Source: a virus (lineage: Duplodnaviria; Caudoviricetes). From it: a stretch of DNA of 59,141 nucleotides. The translations under genes were made by a program, and so were the position numbers. This document shows positions 9,522 through 18,763 of the stretch, in pieces. The stretch's first letter is position 1. Each line of letters begins with the position of its first letter. Location of the stretch: IMG/VR virus record IMGVR_UViG_3300035070_001240, positions 1-59,141 of that record, one strand, 5' to 3'. The notes beneath the pieces are model-generated. The model did not search any database, was not told the DNA's origin, and worked only from the letters and a program-made list of their open reading frames with translations.

Positions 9522-10193
9522 TTAAACTCTAAAGAATGGTCTTATATATAAACTTTCTCTATCCCTGTCAGATTCAAAAGCTTCATTAAATACTTGATCG
9601 TAAATTTGTTTTAGCAGAGCTACACGAGAATCTGGAACTCCTGGACGTTTTAATGCCATTTTAAAAGCTAATCCTGCCGTAAGAGCAGGAAGCATATGAG
9701 TAGGAACATCCGCATTATATCGTGAAGCAGAACTATCCTCAGTATATCCAAAATAACGATAACGGAAGGTATAAGTAGCTACATCTGGTAAAGGCCAAAA
9801 ATAAACAGTTGGTCCCGCGATTGTGGTTGATTGAACAGCATATTGTAAGGGACGACCTGTTTGAGATTTATTTGGAATCTTTTCGTATTCTTCCATAGTA
9901 ATTCGACGCATTTCAATGTCGGTACTACCAGAACGAATTGTTCCAATAATTAAATCAATTACATTACTTCCAGGTTGAAATGTAGTTTGACCAGTAGATA
10001 GTGTAGTTTCTTCAGTACCTGTTTTCCAAAGTGAGTATCCACGGTTCTGCCATTCACGAAGAAGTAGATCAAGACTACGACGAGCCTCTCTTACATCATC
10101 ACCAAGAGTTACTTCACCGCCAATTTGAGAGATAGCTTCTTCAATGATTTCATCAATTTGTAGATTAAAACTTGTTGTTCCTGAAGTAGCCAT
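9522..10193 (-). CDS. Head-tail adaptor / tail tubular protein A-like
   Basis: MATSGT...ARRSLDLLLREWQNRG...GRP-QY...WPLPD. Confidence 0.65.
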   Translation of the reverse strand: MATSGTTSFNLQIDEIIEEAISQIGGEVTLGDDVREARRSLDLLLREWQNRGYSLWKTGTEETTLSTGQTTFQPGSNVIDLIIGTIRSGSTDIEMRRITMEEYEKIPNKSQTGRPLQYAVQSTTIAGPTVYFWPLPDVATYTFRYRYFGYTEDSSASRYNADVPTHMLPALTAGLAFKMALKRPGVPDSRVALLKQIYDQVFNEAFESDRDRESLYIRPFFRV

Positions 10194-10197
10194 TTAA

Positions 10198-10485
10198 TTA
10201 AATATAAGTTACAAAACCAACAACGTTGGTAGCTACGGAAACATAAACACCGTTATAGCATTTAATACCGCTTAGACCATTATAAGTATGAGTTACTTCT
10301 CCACTTGTGGGAACAGTTAAACTAAAACGACGATTACCTAAAGAACCGTCAGAAGCTAAATCATAAAAAGTAACCTCACCTGGAGATGCTGATTTATTAG
10401 TAAAAGTAAAACCGGAAATACGAACTGAGTCTGCAACTACAGTTCCAGTAGCGGTTACAACAACAGGGGATAATTGAGTTGACAT
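10198..10485 (-). CDS. Small structural protein
   Basis: Beta-rich 95 aa directly downstream of the capsid gene. Confidence 0.45.
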   Translation of the reverse strand: MSTQLSPVVVTATGTVVADSVRISGFTFTNKSASPGEVTFYDLASDGSLGNRRFSLTVPTSGEVTHTYNGLSGIKCYNGVYVSVATNVVGFVTYI

Positions 10486-10516
10486 TCTTTATTCACCTTT
10501 TTATTTATGAAAGGTA

Positions 10517-10550
10517 GGGTAGAAATAACTGCGAACAGCTATCCCTACCC
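10517..10550 (-). other. 15-bp RNA hairpin with UUCG loop after the capsid gene
   Basis: GGGUAGGGAUAGCUG-UUCG-CAGUUAUUUCUACCC; G-U pairs work only on the minus strand. Confidence 0.65.
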
Positions 10551-10596
10551 CTAGTCTTTCAGAAAATCTAATGTTTAATCATTAGATATTTATTGA

Positions 10597-11526
10597 TTAG
10601 ACTTCAGCGCCAAACCACTTGCGCCAATCTGACCAACCAAAACTATAACGCTCACGAGCCTTAAAGCGAAGGTTGCCGGTATCAAAGTCTGGCTCCATCT
10701 TGGTAGCAAGAGGTGCACGAACGAACATCTTGGAACCGTTTGGAACGTCAGTCTTTACGAACCAGTTGTTAGCATCAGTGAAGCGACGGTTTACATAGAA
10801 ACCATCGGGGAATAGACCCATGTTACGAACTGGGTTAATATCGTTTGGAGCGATACCGGAGGTTGGATATGCAACAGTACCGTTTGGTAGACCAGCGGAG
10901 TGTAGAAGCATATCAGTCTCAAAAGCTAGTTCAGGTGGAATGTGGATTGAAACTGGTGAAGCACCAATTAGAATGCCACGATCATCCTTTAGCTTATGAA
11001 TGGCAGTAACTGCTGTTTCAATGGTTGAGATTGAAATTGCAGAAGTACCAATCTTGTTGCTTTGAGTGCCATCACCAATGGTTGGGTGAGAGTCAGAAAT
11101 TAGAGCCACACCGTCGCCACCAACATAGCTGGCAGAGAAAGCATTGTTAAAGGTGTTAGCAGCCTTAACTTGCTTGGTTGAAGCCATAGCACGAGCAAGA
11201 CCCTTGGCACGAACCTTGGCGAAGGTGTCGTAAAGGTTGTCTTCCATAGCTTCTTCAGTGACAGCAAAGGCAAGAGCAACTGTCTCGTGAGTGTAACGAG
11301 AAGTGTAGCTTTCCTTAGCTGAGTCGTATTGTACGGCAGCGCCTTCTGATTTAGTTGGAGCTTCACCGAACATAGTGAATAGAACTTCTTCTTCAAAAGC
11401 CCGATCTGAATTTTCAATTTCGTATAGTGGTGCATGCTCGTCTTCAACAGCACCATATTCTAGACCGAAAATAGCATTTAGACCTGGGAGAAGTTCCTTT
11501 GAAATATCTGAGCGATTAATAGCCAT
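10597..11526 (-). CDS. Major capsid protein
   Basis: LLPGLNAIFGLEY, SDRAFEEEV, KARERYSFGWSDWR motifs; strong SD; codon bias of a highly expressed gene. Confidence 0.85.
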   Translation of the reverse strand: MAINRSDISKELLPGLNAIFGLEYGAVEDEHAPLYEIENSDRAFEEEVLFTMFGEAPTKSEGAAVQYDSAKESYTSRYTHETVALAFAVTEEAMEDNLYDTFAKVRAKGLARAMASTKQVKAANTFNNAFSASYVGGDGVALISDSHPTIGDGTQSNKIGTSAISISTIETAVTAIHKLKDDRGILIGASPVSIHIPPELAFETDMLLHSAGLPNGTVAYPTSGIAPNDINPVRNMGLFPDGFYVNRRFTDANNWFVKTDVPNGSKMFVRAPLATKMEPDFDTGNLRFKARERYSFGWSDWRKWFGAEV

Positions 11527-11541
11527 CTTTCATTCTCCCTA

Positions 11542-12126
11542 TTAAATTGGCCCAACAACGCAAGCAACAACGTCATATTGTTGGTTACGAAGGATACGGA
11601 CTTCTACCTTTGTAGCTGCATCGCCAAATGCATTATCAGGTTGCTCATAAAGAGCTACTGGGCGAACCATAGCAGTGGTAGCAACACGAGAAGCTGCCTT
11701 AATACCAAAGCCGGAACGACCAGTGAAGGTGCTGCCTGTGCCTAGAGTTACATCAAAGTTTAGGGCAAGATCACCGATTGTTAGAGATGCATCAGCCTGT
11801 ACAACGTAAGTTGAGTTAGGATCATCATCTACTAGAGCGTAAGTAATGCTGTCATCTGAAGAAACAGATGCAGGAATATAAGCAGCCCATACAGGTTGCT
11901 TAGAAGTTTTATCGACATATTCTACACCCATTAGTACGCCTACTGCATAGTCAGTAGTTGTGGTAATTGGAGTAACGTAACCACTGTCCATCTTTACTAG
12001 ATCACCTTGGAACATTGCGGAAGAATTGTTCTGGGCAATTTGATAACGACTGAAACCAGTGGAGTTAGCTGCACTACCACGTTTGCGTGAAGGGTGAAAG
12101 CCGGTTAGGTTCTTAGTTGAACTCAT
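11542..12126 (-). CDS. Minor capsid / decoration protein
   Basis: FQGDLV, VGVLMGVEY, VDDDP motifs; immediately upstream of the capsid gene. Confidence 0.55.
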   Translation of the reverse strand: MSSTKNLTGFHPSRKRGSAANSTGFSRYQIAQNNSSAMFQGDLVKMDSGYVTPITTTTDYAVGVLMGVEYVDKTSKQPVWAAYIPASVSSDDSITYALVDDDPNSTYVVQADASLTIGDLALNFDVTLGTGSTFTGRSGFGIKAASRVATTAMVRPVALYEQPDNAFGDAATKVEVRILRNQQYDVVACVVGPI

Positions 12127-12194
12127 TTTGGTTTCTCCTTTTTGTTTATTTTTTTTAACTTAGTCTTTTTTTACAGAAAGAAACTAACTATTAA

Positions 12195-12701
12195 TTAGTT
12201 ATCAAAATCAACTGAACGATTACCTACAGTAACACGAGATTTACTAGCGTTAGAGATAGGCATACGACGATCCTGCATTGACATTAGACGTTGATTAATT
12301 GCTTCATTCATTTCGATATTTCGATCAATACCCCGTTGTTTCCTGGCTTGCCAGATGTCATGAGGAATTTTAGCTAAAGCAACATCACCACGAACAATAC
12401 AATTTTGGAACCTATCGTTTTCCTTATGGTATCCATAACCCATTGTCATCTCTGGTACTTCATCGGAAGTTACGAACTCCCATCCTTCGTTAATTTTCTT
12501 ACCAACTGACTTAAAATCTTCATCACCATTAATAAAAATTCGTAGCCATCCTAATTTGAAATTTTGGTCTAGGAAATTTTTTTCAATATGGGGAGGAATA
12601 TCTAGCCAGTTTTCAGAGTCATAGTAAGTTCGTTGTTTGGTATCCCTCGTTGAGGCTTCACGAGCTTCACGAGTAACTGCATCATTAATTTTATTAGTCA
12701 T
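12195..12701 (-). CDS. Head-module protein of unknown function
   Basis: WLR...EGWEFV...GDVALAKIP; between scaffold and capsid genes. Confidence 0.5.
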   Translation of the reverse strand: MTNKINDAVTREAREASTRDTKQRTYYDSENWLDIPPHIEKNFLDQNFKLGWLRIFINGDEDFKSVGKKINEGWEFVTSDEVPEMTMGYGYHKENDRFQNCIVRGDVALAKIPHDIWQARKQRGIDRNIEMNEAINQRLMSMQDRRMPISNASKSRVTVGNRSVDFDN

Positions 12702-12717
12702 TAGTTTCTATCCTTTA

Positions 12718-13803
12718 TCACGCACGTTTAGTTTCAATAGTTGTATAATTGCCGTTAAGGTTATCTACCTTATGTTTTTCTGCGGCATACCTGTCAAGTG
12801 GAATCCCCCATTTCTTAGCAAGGTCAACATCTTTTTGAGTTAACTTGACCTTATTACCTTTGGGAGAGGATTTACGTGATGTTCCTGCTACCACTTGAGA
12901 CGGTTTTTTCGCATCCGTCCCACGATTAAATTTATTAGGTAGTTCTGCTTTAAGCAGCCTATCTATTTCATTATAAAACTCTTTTGTCTGTGGATCATAG
13001 CCTTCATTCTTTAATTTTTGATCCAAAGCTAAAGCAACAGTAGTTGCAACTTCATCTTGTCCAAACCAACTAGAATTTTTTTCAAACCATTCTGAAGCAA
13101 GAAGGTCTAAATTCCTTTGTGCTTGAGGTTGAGTTTGTTGTTGTTGTTGGTGTTGTGCTGGACGTTGCTCTTCTTGATATGTTTGATACTGTTCTAATTC
13201 TTTTGTATATTTTGATTCTTCTTGTTCCCGTGCATCCTCTAGCTGGGCCTTACGAGCTTGAATAATTTTAAGATCAGTCTTTGCATCATTTAAAACATTC
13301 TGTGCTTCTAGTAATTTTTCTTTTTCACCGTCATCATAGGCACGAAGATAATTTGATTCTGCCATTCTGATTCGTTCATTTAATTCATTTTCACGAGAAT
13401 ATAAAGAAGAAATCTCATATGACTTTGTTGTTTGCTGTGTCTTAATAAGTTCTGAACGAAGTTTATTTAGTTCAGAAGACATATCCTCAAGTTGAGCTTC
13501 ACGTTCCTTACGTTGTTGAACAAGTTGACGAATACGTTTTTCGGCACCCTTACTGTTAATACCTTCTAGCTCTGAAATTTGTTCCTTTTCAGAAACCTCT
13601 TGTACATTTTCACTATTATCTTGTTCGTTATCTTCCGAAACAATCTCATAATTAGATTCATTATCTACATTAGTTTTTGTTTCTACCTCTTCAGTATTTT
13701 CAACCTCATCTTCTAAATCGTAAGATACTTCTGGTTCTTTAGCTACGGCAGCTTTCTCAGGATCAATACTGGTCCAACCACCGTTATCATTTTCTGTTGA
13801 CAT
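12718..13803 (-). CDS. Capsid scaffolding protein
   Basis: Acidic N-terminus, long coiled coil, WFG motif, C-terminal AKKWGIPLDRYA. Confidence 0.7.
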   Translation of the reverse strand: MSTENDNGGWTSIDPEKAAVAKEPEVSYDLEDEVENTEEVETKTNVDNESNYEIVSEDNEQDNSENVQEVSEKEQISELEGINSKGAEKRIRQLVQQRKEREAQLEDMSSELNKLRSELIKTQQTTKSYEISSLYSRENELNERIRMAESNYLRAYDDGEKEKLLEAQNVLNDAKTDLKIIQARKAQLEDAREQEESKYTKELEQYQTYQEEQRPAQHQQQQQTQPQAQRNLDLLASEWFEKNSSWFGQDEVATTVALALDQKLKNEGYDPQTKEFYNEIDRLLKAELPNKFNRGTDAKKPSQVVAGTSRKSSPKGNKVKLTQKDVDLAKKWGIPLDRYAAEKHKVDNLNGNYTTIETKRA

Positions 13804-13841
13804 AAGTCACTCCTTTTATACGTAGGCAACGATACTACGAG

Positions 13842-14267
13842 TTACGCTGCATTAGCTGAAAGATTAAACATAATGTCTAAACTCTCTGGGCTTTCAACTT
13901 TCATGATTACTTGGTCATCAAAGATAAGTAGAAGGCGAACACCCTTATACATAAACTTATGACCTACATGCCGACCATATGCAATATAATCTCCCTCTTT
14001 ACACCAAGGACCATTAGGAAACTTATTTTCATCTTGATAAGCACTTTGTCCTACAGCTAAGACTTTACCCACTGTAGTAAGGTATTTTACATCTTCTTGA
14101 AATTGATCAGGAAGAAGAATGCCGCCTTTAGTTTCCTTACGAATTGAAACAGGGCGAATGAGAATATGGTATCCAGGAAGTGCTGGAAGTGGATCAGGAT
14201 CAGGTACTAGCTTTTCCGTAATCCAATCATCATTCTTAACGGCTCCACTATATTTAACGTTCTGCAT
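13842..14267 (-). CDS. groES: Co-chaperonin GroES/Cpn10-like
   Basis: PGYHILIRP...TKGGILLP mobile loop, GKVLAVG, GDYI, D-VI. Confidence 0.85.
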   Translation of the reverse strand: MQNVKYSGAVKNDDWITEKLVPDPDPLPALPGYHILIRPVSIRKETKGGILLPDQFQEDVKYLTTVGKVLAVGQSAYQDENKFPNGPWCKEGDYIAYGRHVGHKFMYKGVRLLLIFDDQVIMKVESPESLDIMFNLSANAA

Positions 14268-14472
14268 CTTCTAGTTCATCCTTTAAATATCTATGTTTAA
14301 GATCATCAACAATTCCAATTAAAGTACTGATACCATCATATACTCCAATTAGATAACGATAGTCATCGTATGATGAACAAGAGCCAGATGCAAGGTTATT
14401 TTTAACATTTTCTAAAGCAGTATCTAATTCTTTTTCAATATAAAAAGAATCAATTAGTTGACTAGGTTTCAT
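14254..14472 (-). CDS. Hypothetical late protein
   Basis: LASG...YDDYRYLIG; between portal and GroES-like genes. Confidence 0.55.
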   Translation of the reverse strand: MKPSQLIDSFYIEKELDTALENVKNNLASGSCSSYDDYRYLIGVYDGISTLIGIVDDLKHRYLKDELEDAER

Positions 14473-14588
14473 TACTTTTTCTTTTTAGGTTTTCCCTTAG
14501 AAGCCTTACCTTGTTGTGGGGCAGTTTCTGAAAACCATTTGTTTCCACCCTTGCCACCAGCTTGCCATTCTTGTTTAATTGCAGCCAT
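14472..14588 (-). CDS. 38-aa basic peptide (not in ORF track)
   Basis: MAAIKQEWQAGGKGGNKWFSETAPQQGKASKGKPKKKK; fills the gap exactly and its stop overlaps the next ATG. Confidence 0.55.
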   Translation of the reverse strand: MAAIKQEWQAGGKGGNKWFSETAPQQGKASKGKPKKKK

Positions 14589-14589
14589 T

Positions 14590-14787
14590 TTATTTTTTCC
14601 TTTTTTTCTGTACGTTTCTTGCTTCACTCAAAGCAATAGCCATTGCTTGTTTTTTAGATTTTACTTTTGGTCCTTTCTTTGAACCAGAATGTAATTTACC
14701 AGCCTTATACTCACGCATAACCTTAGAGATTTTCTTTTGTCCTGGCTTGGTAATTTGTTGAGAAATATTTGATCTATTGATAGTCAT
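14590..14787 (-). CDS. Small basic protein with capsid-like N-terminus
   Basis: KVMREYKAGKLHSGS...KQAMAIALSEAR; start reassigned to MTINRS. Confidence 0.65.
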   Translation of the reverse strand: MTINRSNISQQITKPGQKKISKVMREYKAGKLHSGSKKGPKVKSKKQAMAIALSEARNVQKKRKK

Positions 14788-17700
14788 AAGATAACACTCT
14801 AATACGATTAGCAACTTCTCTAGCTCTGTTTGGAGTCTGTTTTAACCAATCAGATTCTCCACCAGATTTATTTTTTAAAACTTCTTCAGCAGCTTCTTCA
14901 AATTTTCCTTCTTTATATAGTTTTAAAGTTTTTGTAAATTCTTTAACTTTTGGTTTACCCATTTGATAAATCATTTCTGCTAAAGGCCTAGCTCGTCTAT
15001 CTTTAAATCCTGATAATTCTTCAGCATCTTTAATAGCATTAACCCAACGTTCTTGGCTTAAATTATCTACTAAGTCAGAAGAAAATTTATCTCCAACTTT
15101 AATATTTTCTTTACCAACTAATTTTTTAAATGCATCATCTACTAAAACACCAGGACCAACAGTTAATTTTTTTCTAGTATCTCCATAAATAACGTATTCA
15201 TTTGATGCCTTATCAAAATATTTTGGGTTTTTATAAAATTCTGTATTAAATTCATTTGGTTTAACAATAAGATTAAAATAATCTTTGTTAGTATTAAAAT
15301 TTAAGGAATCGCCTTCACCGGCTTGTTCTATAGTTTGATTTTCTTTTACTAAATCAACCAATTCAGAAGGTAACATTTCTTCTAAAGTAGGTCCACGAGT
15401 AATATCTGAATCCATTTTTACTTCTTCTTGTGGAAGATATGTTTCTTCTAATTCAGGTACATAAGGAATTTTTTGTTCTTGTTGTTCTTTCAAAAGAGTA
15501 TCTACAAAATTTTGTAACTCTGGGCTAAGTTGAACATCTCCACCTTCAGCAAATTGTGGAGTAAGGTCTACTTTTTCTTTTAATTCTTCCACGCTAGTTC
15601 CTGTTTCCTTCATAAGAAGTTTCATGACTTCAATAAGGAACTTATCATCACGATCTTTTGTCTTGTTAGTATCACCAGAACGTAGCTTGGCTATTTTTTC
15701 AGCGGCTGAAATCTCTAGATCATCACGTTGAAGATCAAGTTTCTCTTCATCAATAGCAATCTTAGCAGCAGACTGTAGAGACGATAGTTTCAGTTTTTCT
15801 TTTTCTAGGTCTAGTTGTTGCCGTTGTAGTTCAAGGGTCATACGCTCTAGGTCTTCTACAGTACCCATCTCAGCCATACGTTCATTGTTTTGTAGAATTT
15901 CTTGAGCAGCGCCTTGAGTGATTGTAGAAATAGCAGATTCATCACCAGAACCAGCTTGTTCAACACCGGAACGAAGCATACCAGCCATTTGTTCTTCATA
16001 TTGCATAATCATATGGTCACGAATATTTGCTTGAAGAATTGGAACAACTTGTTGCATTAGCGGGTTTTGTCCAAGTGTAGGATCAGCAATAAAAGATTGT
16101 TTTACAATAATGTGAGATTGATGATCTTGACCTGAAAAAGCTTGAATAGGTTGTCCTTTTACAGCTTGTCGAATATCTGAAACTGGATCAAGAGGCTGTG
16201 GTTGAGGCATATCAGGATTAAGGAACCTATTTGGATCAGTGATATTTAAAGCCTCTAGAATTGTACGATTAACTTCCTTCATGTTGTACATACCAGCAGG
16301 AGATTGAGAAGCTAGTTGTAAAACAGTTTGTGCCATTGCAATACGATGGGCAGAAGAAGGAACGTTTGGATCAGATACAGGAATAATATCAATACGACCA
16401 TCGAAGTCTGCTTTAAAGATTTGACCTGTAATCATAGGAATATCAAAAGGATATTCATTTGGCAGATAATCATAGTTAATACGAGCTAGAATTTGAAACT
16501 CGTTACGTTGGCTATGATGTAGACGTTTATGGATTGCACTAAAGAATTTAGTAGAAGCTTCTAGTAGAGCAAGTGTAGTACCTACTGGACCATAGTTAGT
16601 AGAATCAGCTACAACTTGTTCCGTTGTATCAGCAAACTTTTGACCAGTTGCAGATACAAAATTAAGCATTTGCATAAGAGTATTTGATGGCTCTTTATAA
16701 GGTAGAGGAATAATAGCTTTGCTAAGATCAACACCAGTTGCTTCTACTTCTCTAAACTCGCCTGGAGCAATAGGATCGTTTGCACCTACAACTCGTACAC
16801 CACGAGCTTTAAAACCACCAGGAAGATTTGCGAATTGACCTGCATCAACTAGGTTTCGCATTGCAGCCGTAGCTGTGGCTGTAAGGTTTCCAAGAAAATG
16901 GATGTAGCCTAGACCATAAAAACCAAAGCCAGGAACAAACTTATAATGAGTGAACCAGCAAAGTTTTTCTTTTCTTTCATCACTTTCTCTCCAGTTACGA
17001 CGAATTGAAAGAACAGTACGAGAATCAAGATCAACAGTAACAATATAAGGAAGTGCTACTGTAATTTTATCTTCTTCCTCACTCTCATTTTCTTCTTCAA
17101 TCTCCAAATAACAATGATGTTCAAGAAGAGTATATTGTGGATCACTTGTATAGTTTGGAGACATACCAAGAATAGTATCCATCTTCTTACGAAGACTTGT
17201 TGGAGTTACTTCTGTAGGTTCTGGTAATTCTGAGTCAATATAGTCTGGCAGACCATAGAATCCAGTAACAATATCACGCTTTAAATCATTTGGACTGCGA
17301 TAGATAACATGAGTATATCGGTCTGCCTTACGTAGATCAGGAGCATTGTTTGAAACAACGAATTGATCAATAGTTACAAACTCAGAAACAGGACGTTCTA
17401 AAGAAGGATCATAGTAAATCTTTTTAAATGCAGAACCAAAAATTGGTAGATGGAACAACATACGTTCCAGTTCATCAAAATATTCAGTCATTTGGTCTGT
17501 TAGCTGATAGTTCATAAAGTTCTGAACACGATTAGCTTGTTGCTCCTTTTCAGGAGTAGAAAGACCAACAACTTGAGCCTTTACTGGACCTTTTGATGGA
17601 AATAGTTCTTGAATAGCTTTTGATTGAAACTTAACGGAAGATTCAATAATAAGGGGATGAACGGCTGTGCAAGCACCTTCAAATGGTTCAGAAGCTTCTT

Positions 17701-18013
17701 CTAGTTTTAGACCAAGAAGATCAAAGCCACGTTCAAAAGTATCTTCCCAATCTGCACGGCTTTCACGATCTGCTTCATACTCGTCAATTACTTTGTTAGC
17801 AATTTCTTGAAGTTCATCTTTATCTAAAGAAAAGATTAGATTCTCATAATGATCATAAGTTAATTCTTCCATAATTTCATGAAGATCACTCTCAACATTA
17901 TCTTCTTCCATTTCAATTTCTAATTCAAAAGGCTCACTATCAGTCTCTACATTAAAATCAATAATGTTAGAGTTACTTCCTTGTTCTGCAAAAGGATTAC
18001 GTTCAATAGCCAT
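14774..18013 (-). CDS. Portal protein with C-terminal lysozyme-like domain
   Basis: FMNYQL, GSAFKKIYYD, PGFGFYGLG, LPYKEPS portal motifs; C-terminal NE...YGDT..LTVGPG and MIYQMG...W-KQTPNRA match T4-lysozyme-like muramidases. Confidence 0.85.
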   Translation of the reverse strand: MAIERNPFAEQGSNSNIIDFNVETDSEPFELEIEMEEDNVESDLHEIMEELTYDHYENLIFSLDKDELQEIANKVIDEYEADRESRADWEDTFERGFDLLGLKLEEASEPFEGACTAVHPLIIESSVKFQSKAIQELFPSKGPVKAQVVGLSTPEKEQQANRVQNFMNYQLTDQMTEYFDELERMLFHLPIFGSAFKKIYYDPSLERPVSEFVTIDQFVVSNNAPDLRKADRYTHVIYRSPNDLKRDIVTGFYGLPDYIDSELPEPTEVTPTSLRKKMDTILGMSPNYTSDPQYTLLEHHCYLEIEEENESEEEDKITVALPYIVTVDLDSRTVLSIRRNWRESDERKEKLCWFTHYKFVPGFGFYGLGYIHFLGNLTATATAAMRNLVDAGQFANLPGGFKARGVRVVGANDPIAPGEFREVEATGVDLSKAIIPLPYKEPSNTLMQMLNFVSATGQKFADTTEQVVADSTNYGPVGTTLALLEASTKFFSAIHKRLHHSQRNEFQILARINYDYLPNEYPFDIPMITGQIFKADFDGRIDIIPVSDPNVPSSAHRIAMAQTVLQLASQSPAGMYNMKEVNRTILEALNITDPNRFLNPDMPQPQPLDPVSDIRQAVKGQPIQAFSGQDHQSHIIVKQSFIADPTLGQNPLMQQVVPILQANIRDHMIMQYEEQMAGMLRSGVEQAGSGDESAISTITQGAAQEILQNNERMAEMGTVEDLERMTLELQRQQLDLEKEKLKLSSLQSAAKIAIDEEKLDLQRDDLEISAAEKIAKLRSGDTNKTKDRDDKFLIEVMKLLMKETGTSVEELKEKVDLTPQFAEGGDVQLSPELQNFVDTLLKEQQEQKIPYVPELEETYLPQEEVKMDSDITRGPTLEEMLPSELVDLVKENQTIEQAGEGDSLNFNTNKDYFNLIVKPNEFNTEFYKNPKYFDKASNEYVIYGDTRKKLTVGPGVLVDDAFKKLVGKENIKVGDKFSSDLVDNLSQERWVNAIKDAEELSGFKDRRARPLAEMIYQMGKPKVKEFTKTLKLYKEGKFEEAAEEVLKNKSGGESDWLKQTPNRAREVANRIRVLSYDYQ

Positions 18014-18026
18014 GATTTATTTCTTT

Positions 18027-18296
18027 CTAATCTTTTAAATTCTTTTTACCAGCATTTTTAGTTCTACTAAAAGACCTATTCTTACTTGCTGGTTTGACAG
18101 CTAAATTTTTACTTGTAGTTTTGCCGCCAACGTGATGAACATCATTTCCATCACCTTTTGAAACTTTACCTAAACGAAGCATCTTCCGTCTGGCGTTATT
18201 ACGCCTAGCACGATCTTTTTTACTTTTAGATTGAGACTGATATTTACCCTCACCGTTCTTACTGTAGTCTCTTTTGTAATTAGGAGAAGATGGCAT
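18027..18296 (-). CDS. HNH endonuclease-like basic protein
   Basis: GDGNDVHH...NL.....NRS motif. Confidence 0.6.
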   Translation of the reverse strand: MPSSPNYKRDYSKNGEGKYQSQSKSKKDRARRNNARRKMLRLGKVSKGDGNDVHHVGGKTTSKNLAVKPASKNRSFSRTKNAGKKNLKD

Positions 18297-18592
18297 TAGC
18301 GGCATCTCCAACGTTTACGAGCTTGCCGTAGACGGCTATTAGGGTCTTTTGCTGCACTTGGAAACTTCTTCATTTGTCCTTTTGATCTAGCACAAAAACT
18401 CTTACGCCGTTTAGCACGTTTACCAGTTGGATTAGCTTCCGTAACGGCGGTTTGTAGTTTACTTCCTGGGTTTTGGCGACGATACTTTGCAACACCTTTA
18501 GCAGTTAATCCTGCACCTTTTTTAGTGGGACGTTTATCTCCACTACCAATGGTCATGCCTTTCATGCCCTTACCAGTTTGCTTACGTGCCAT
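18296..18592 (-). CDS. Small Lys/Arg-rich late protein
   Basis: RRKSFCARSKG...DPNSR...RWRC. Confidence 0.65.
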   Translation of the reverse strand: MARKQTGKGMKGMTIGSGDKRPTKKGAGLTAKGVAKYRRQNPGSKLQTAVTEANPTGKRAKRRKSFCARSKGQMKKFPSAAKDPNSRLRQARKRWRCR

Positions 18593-18595
18593 CTA

Positions 18596-18754
18596 TTATT
18601 TTCCCTGTCCACGATACTTTTTGTAAGAACGTCTTTTACTTTTATTAAGATTACTTCTTTTAATCATAGAAGAATTATTTCCAATAGTAGTCTTTTTTCG
18701 TACTGAACTATGTTTAATCTTTAAACCAATTGTACCTTTAGGAGCTTTAGCCAT
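18596..18754 (-). CDS. 52-aa basic protein (not in ORF track)
   Basis: MAKAPKGTIG...YKKYRGQGK; fills the operon gap. Confidence 0.65.
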   Translation of the reverse strand: MAKAPKGTIGLKIKHSSVRKKTTIGNNSSMIKRSNLNKSKRRSYKKYRGQGK

Positions 18755-18763
18755 TTTTTAAAA

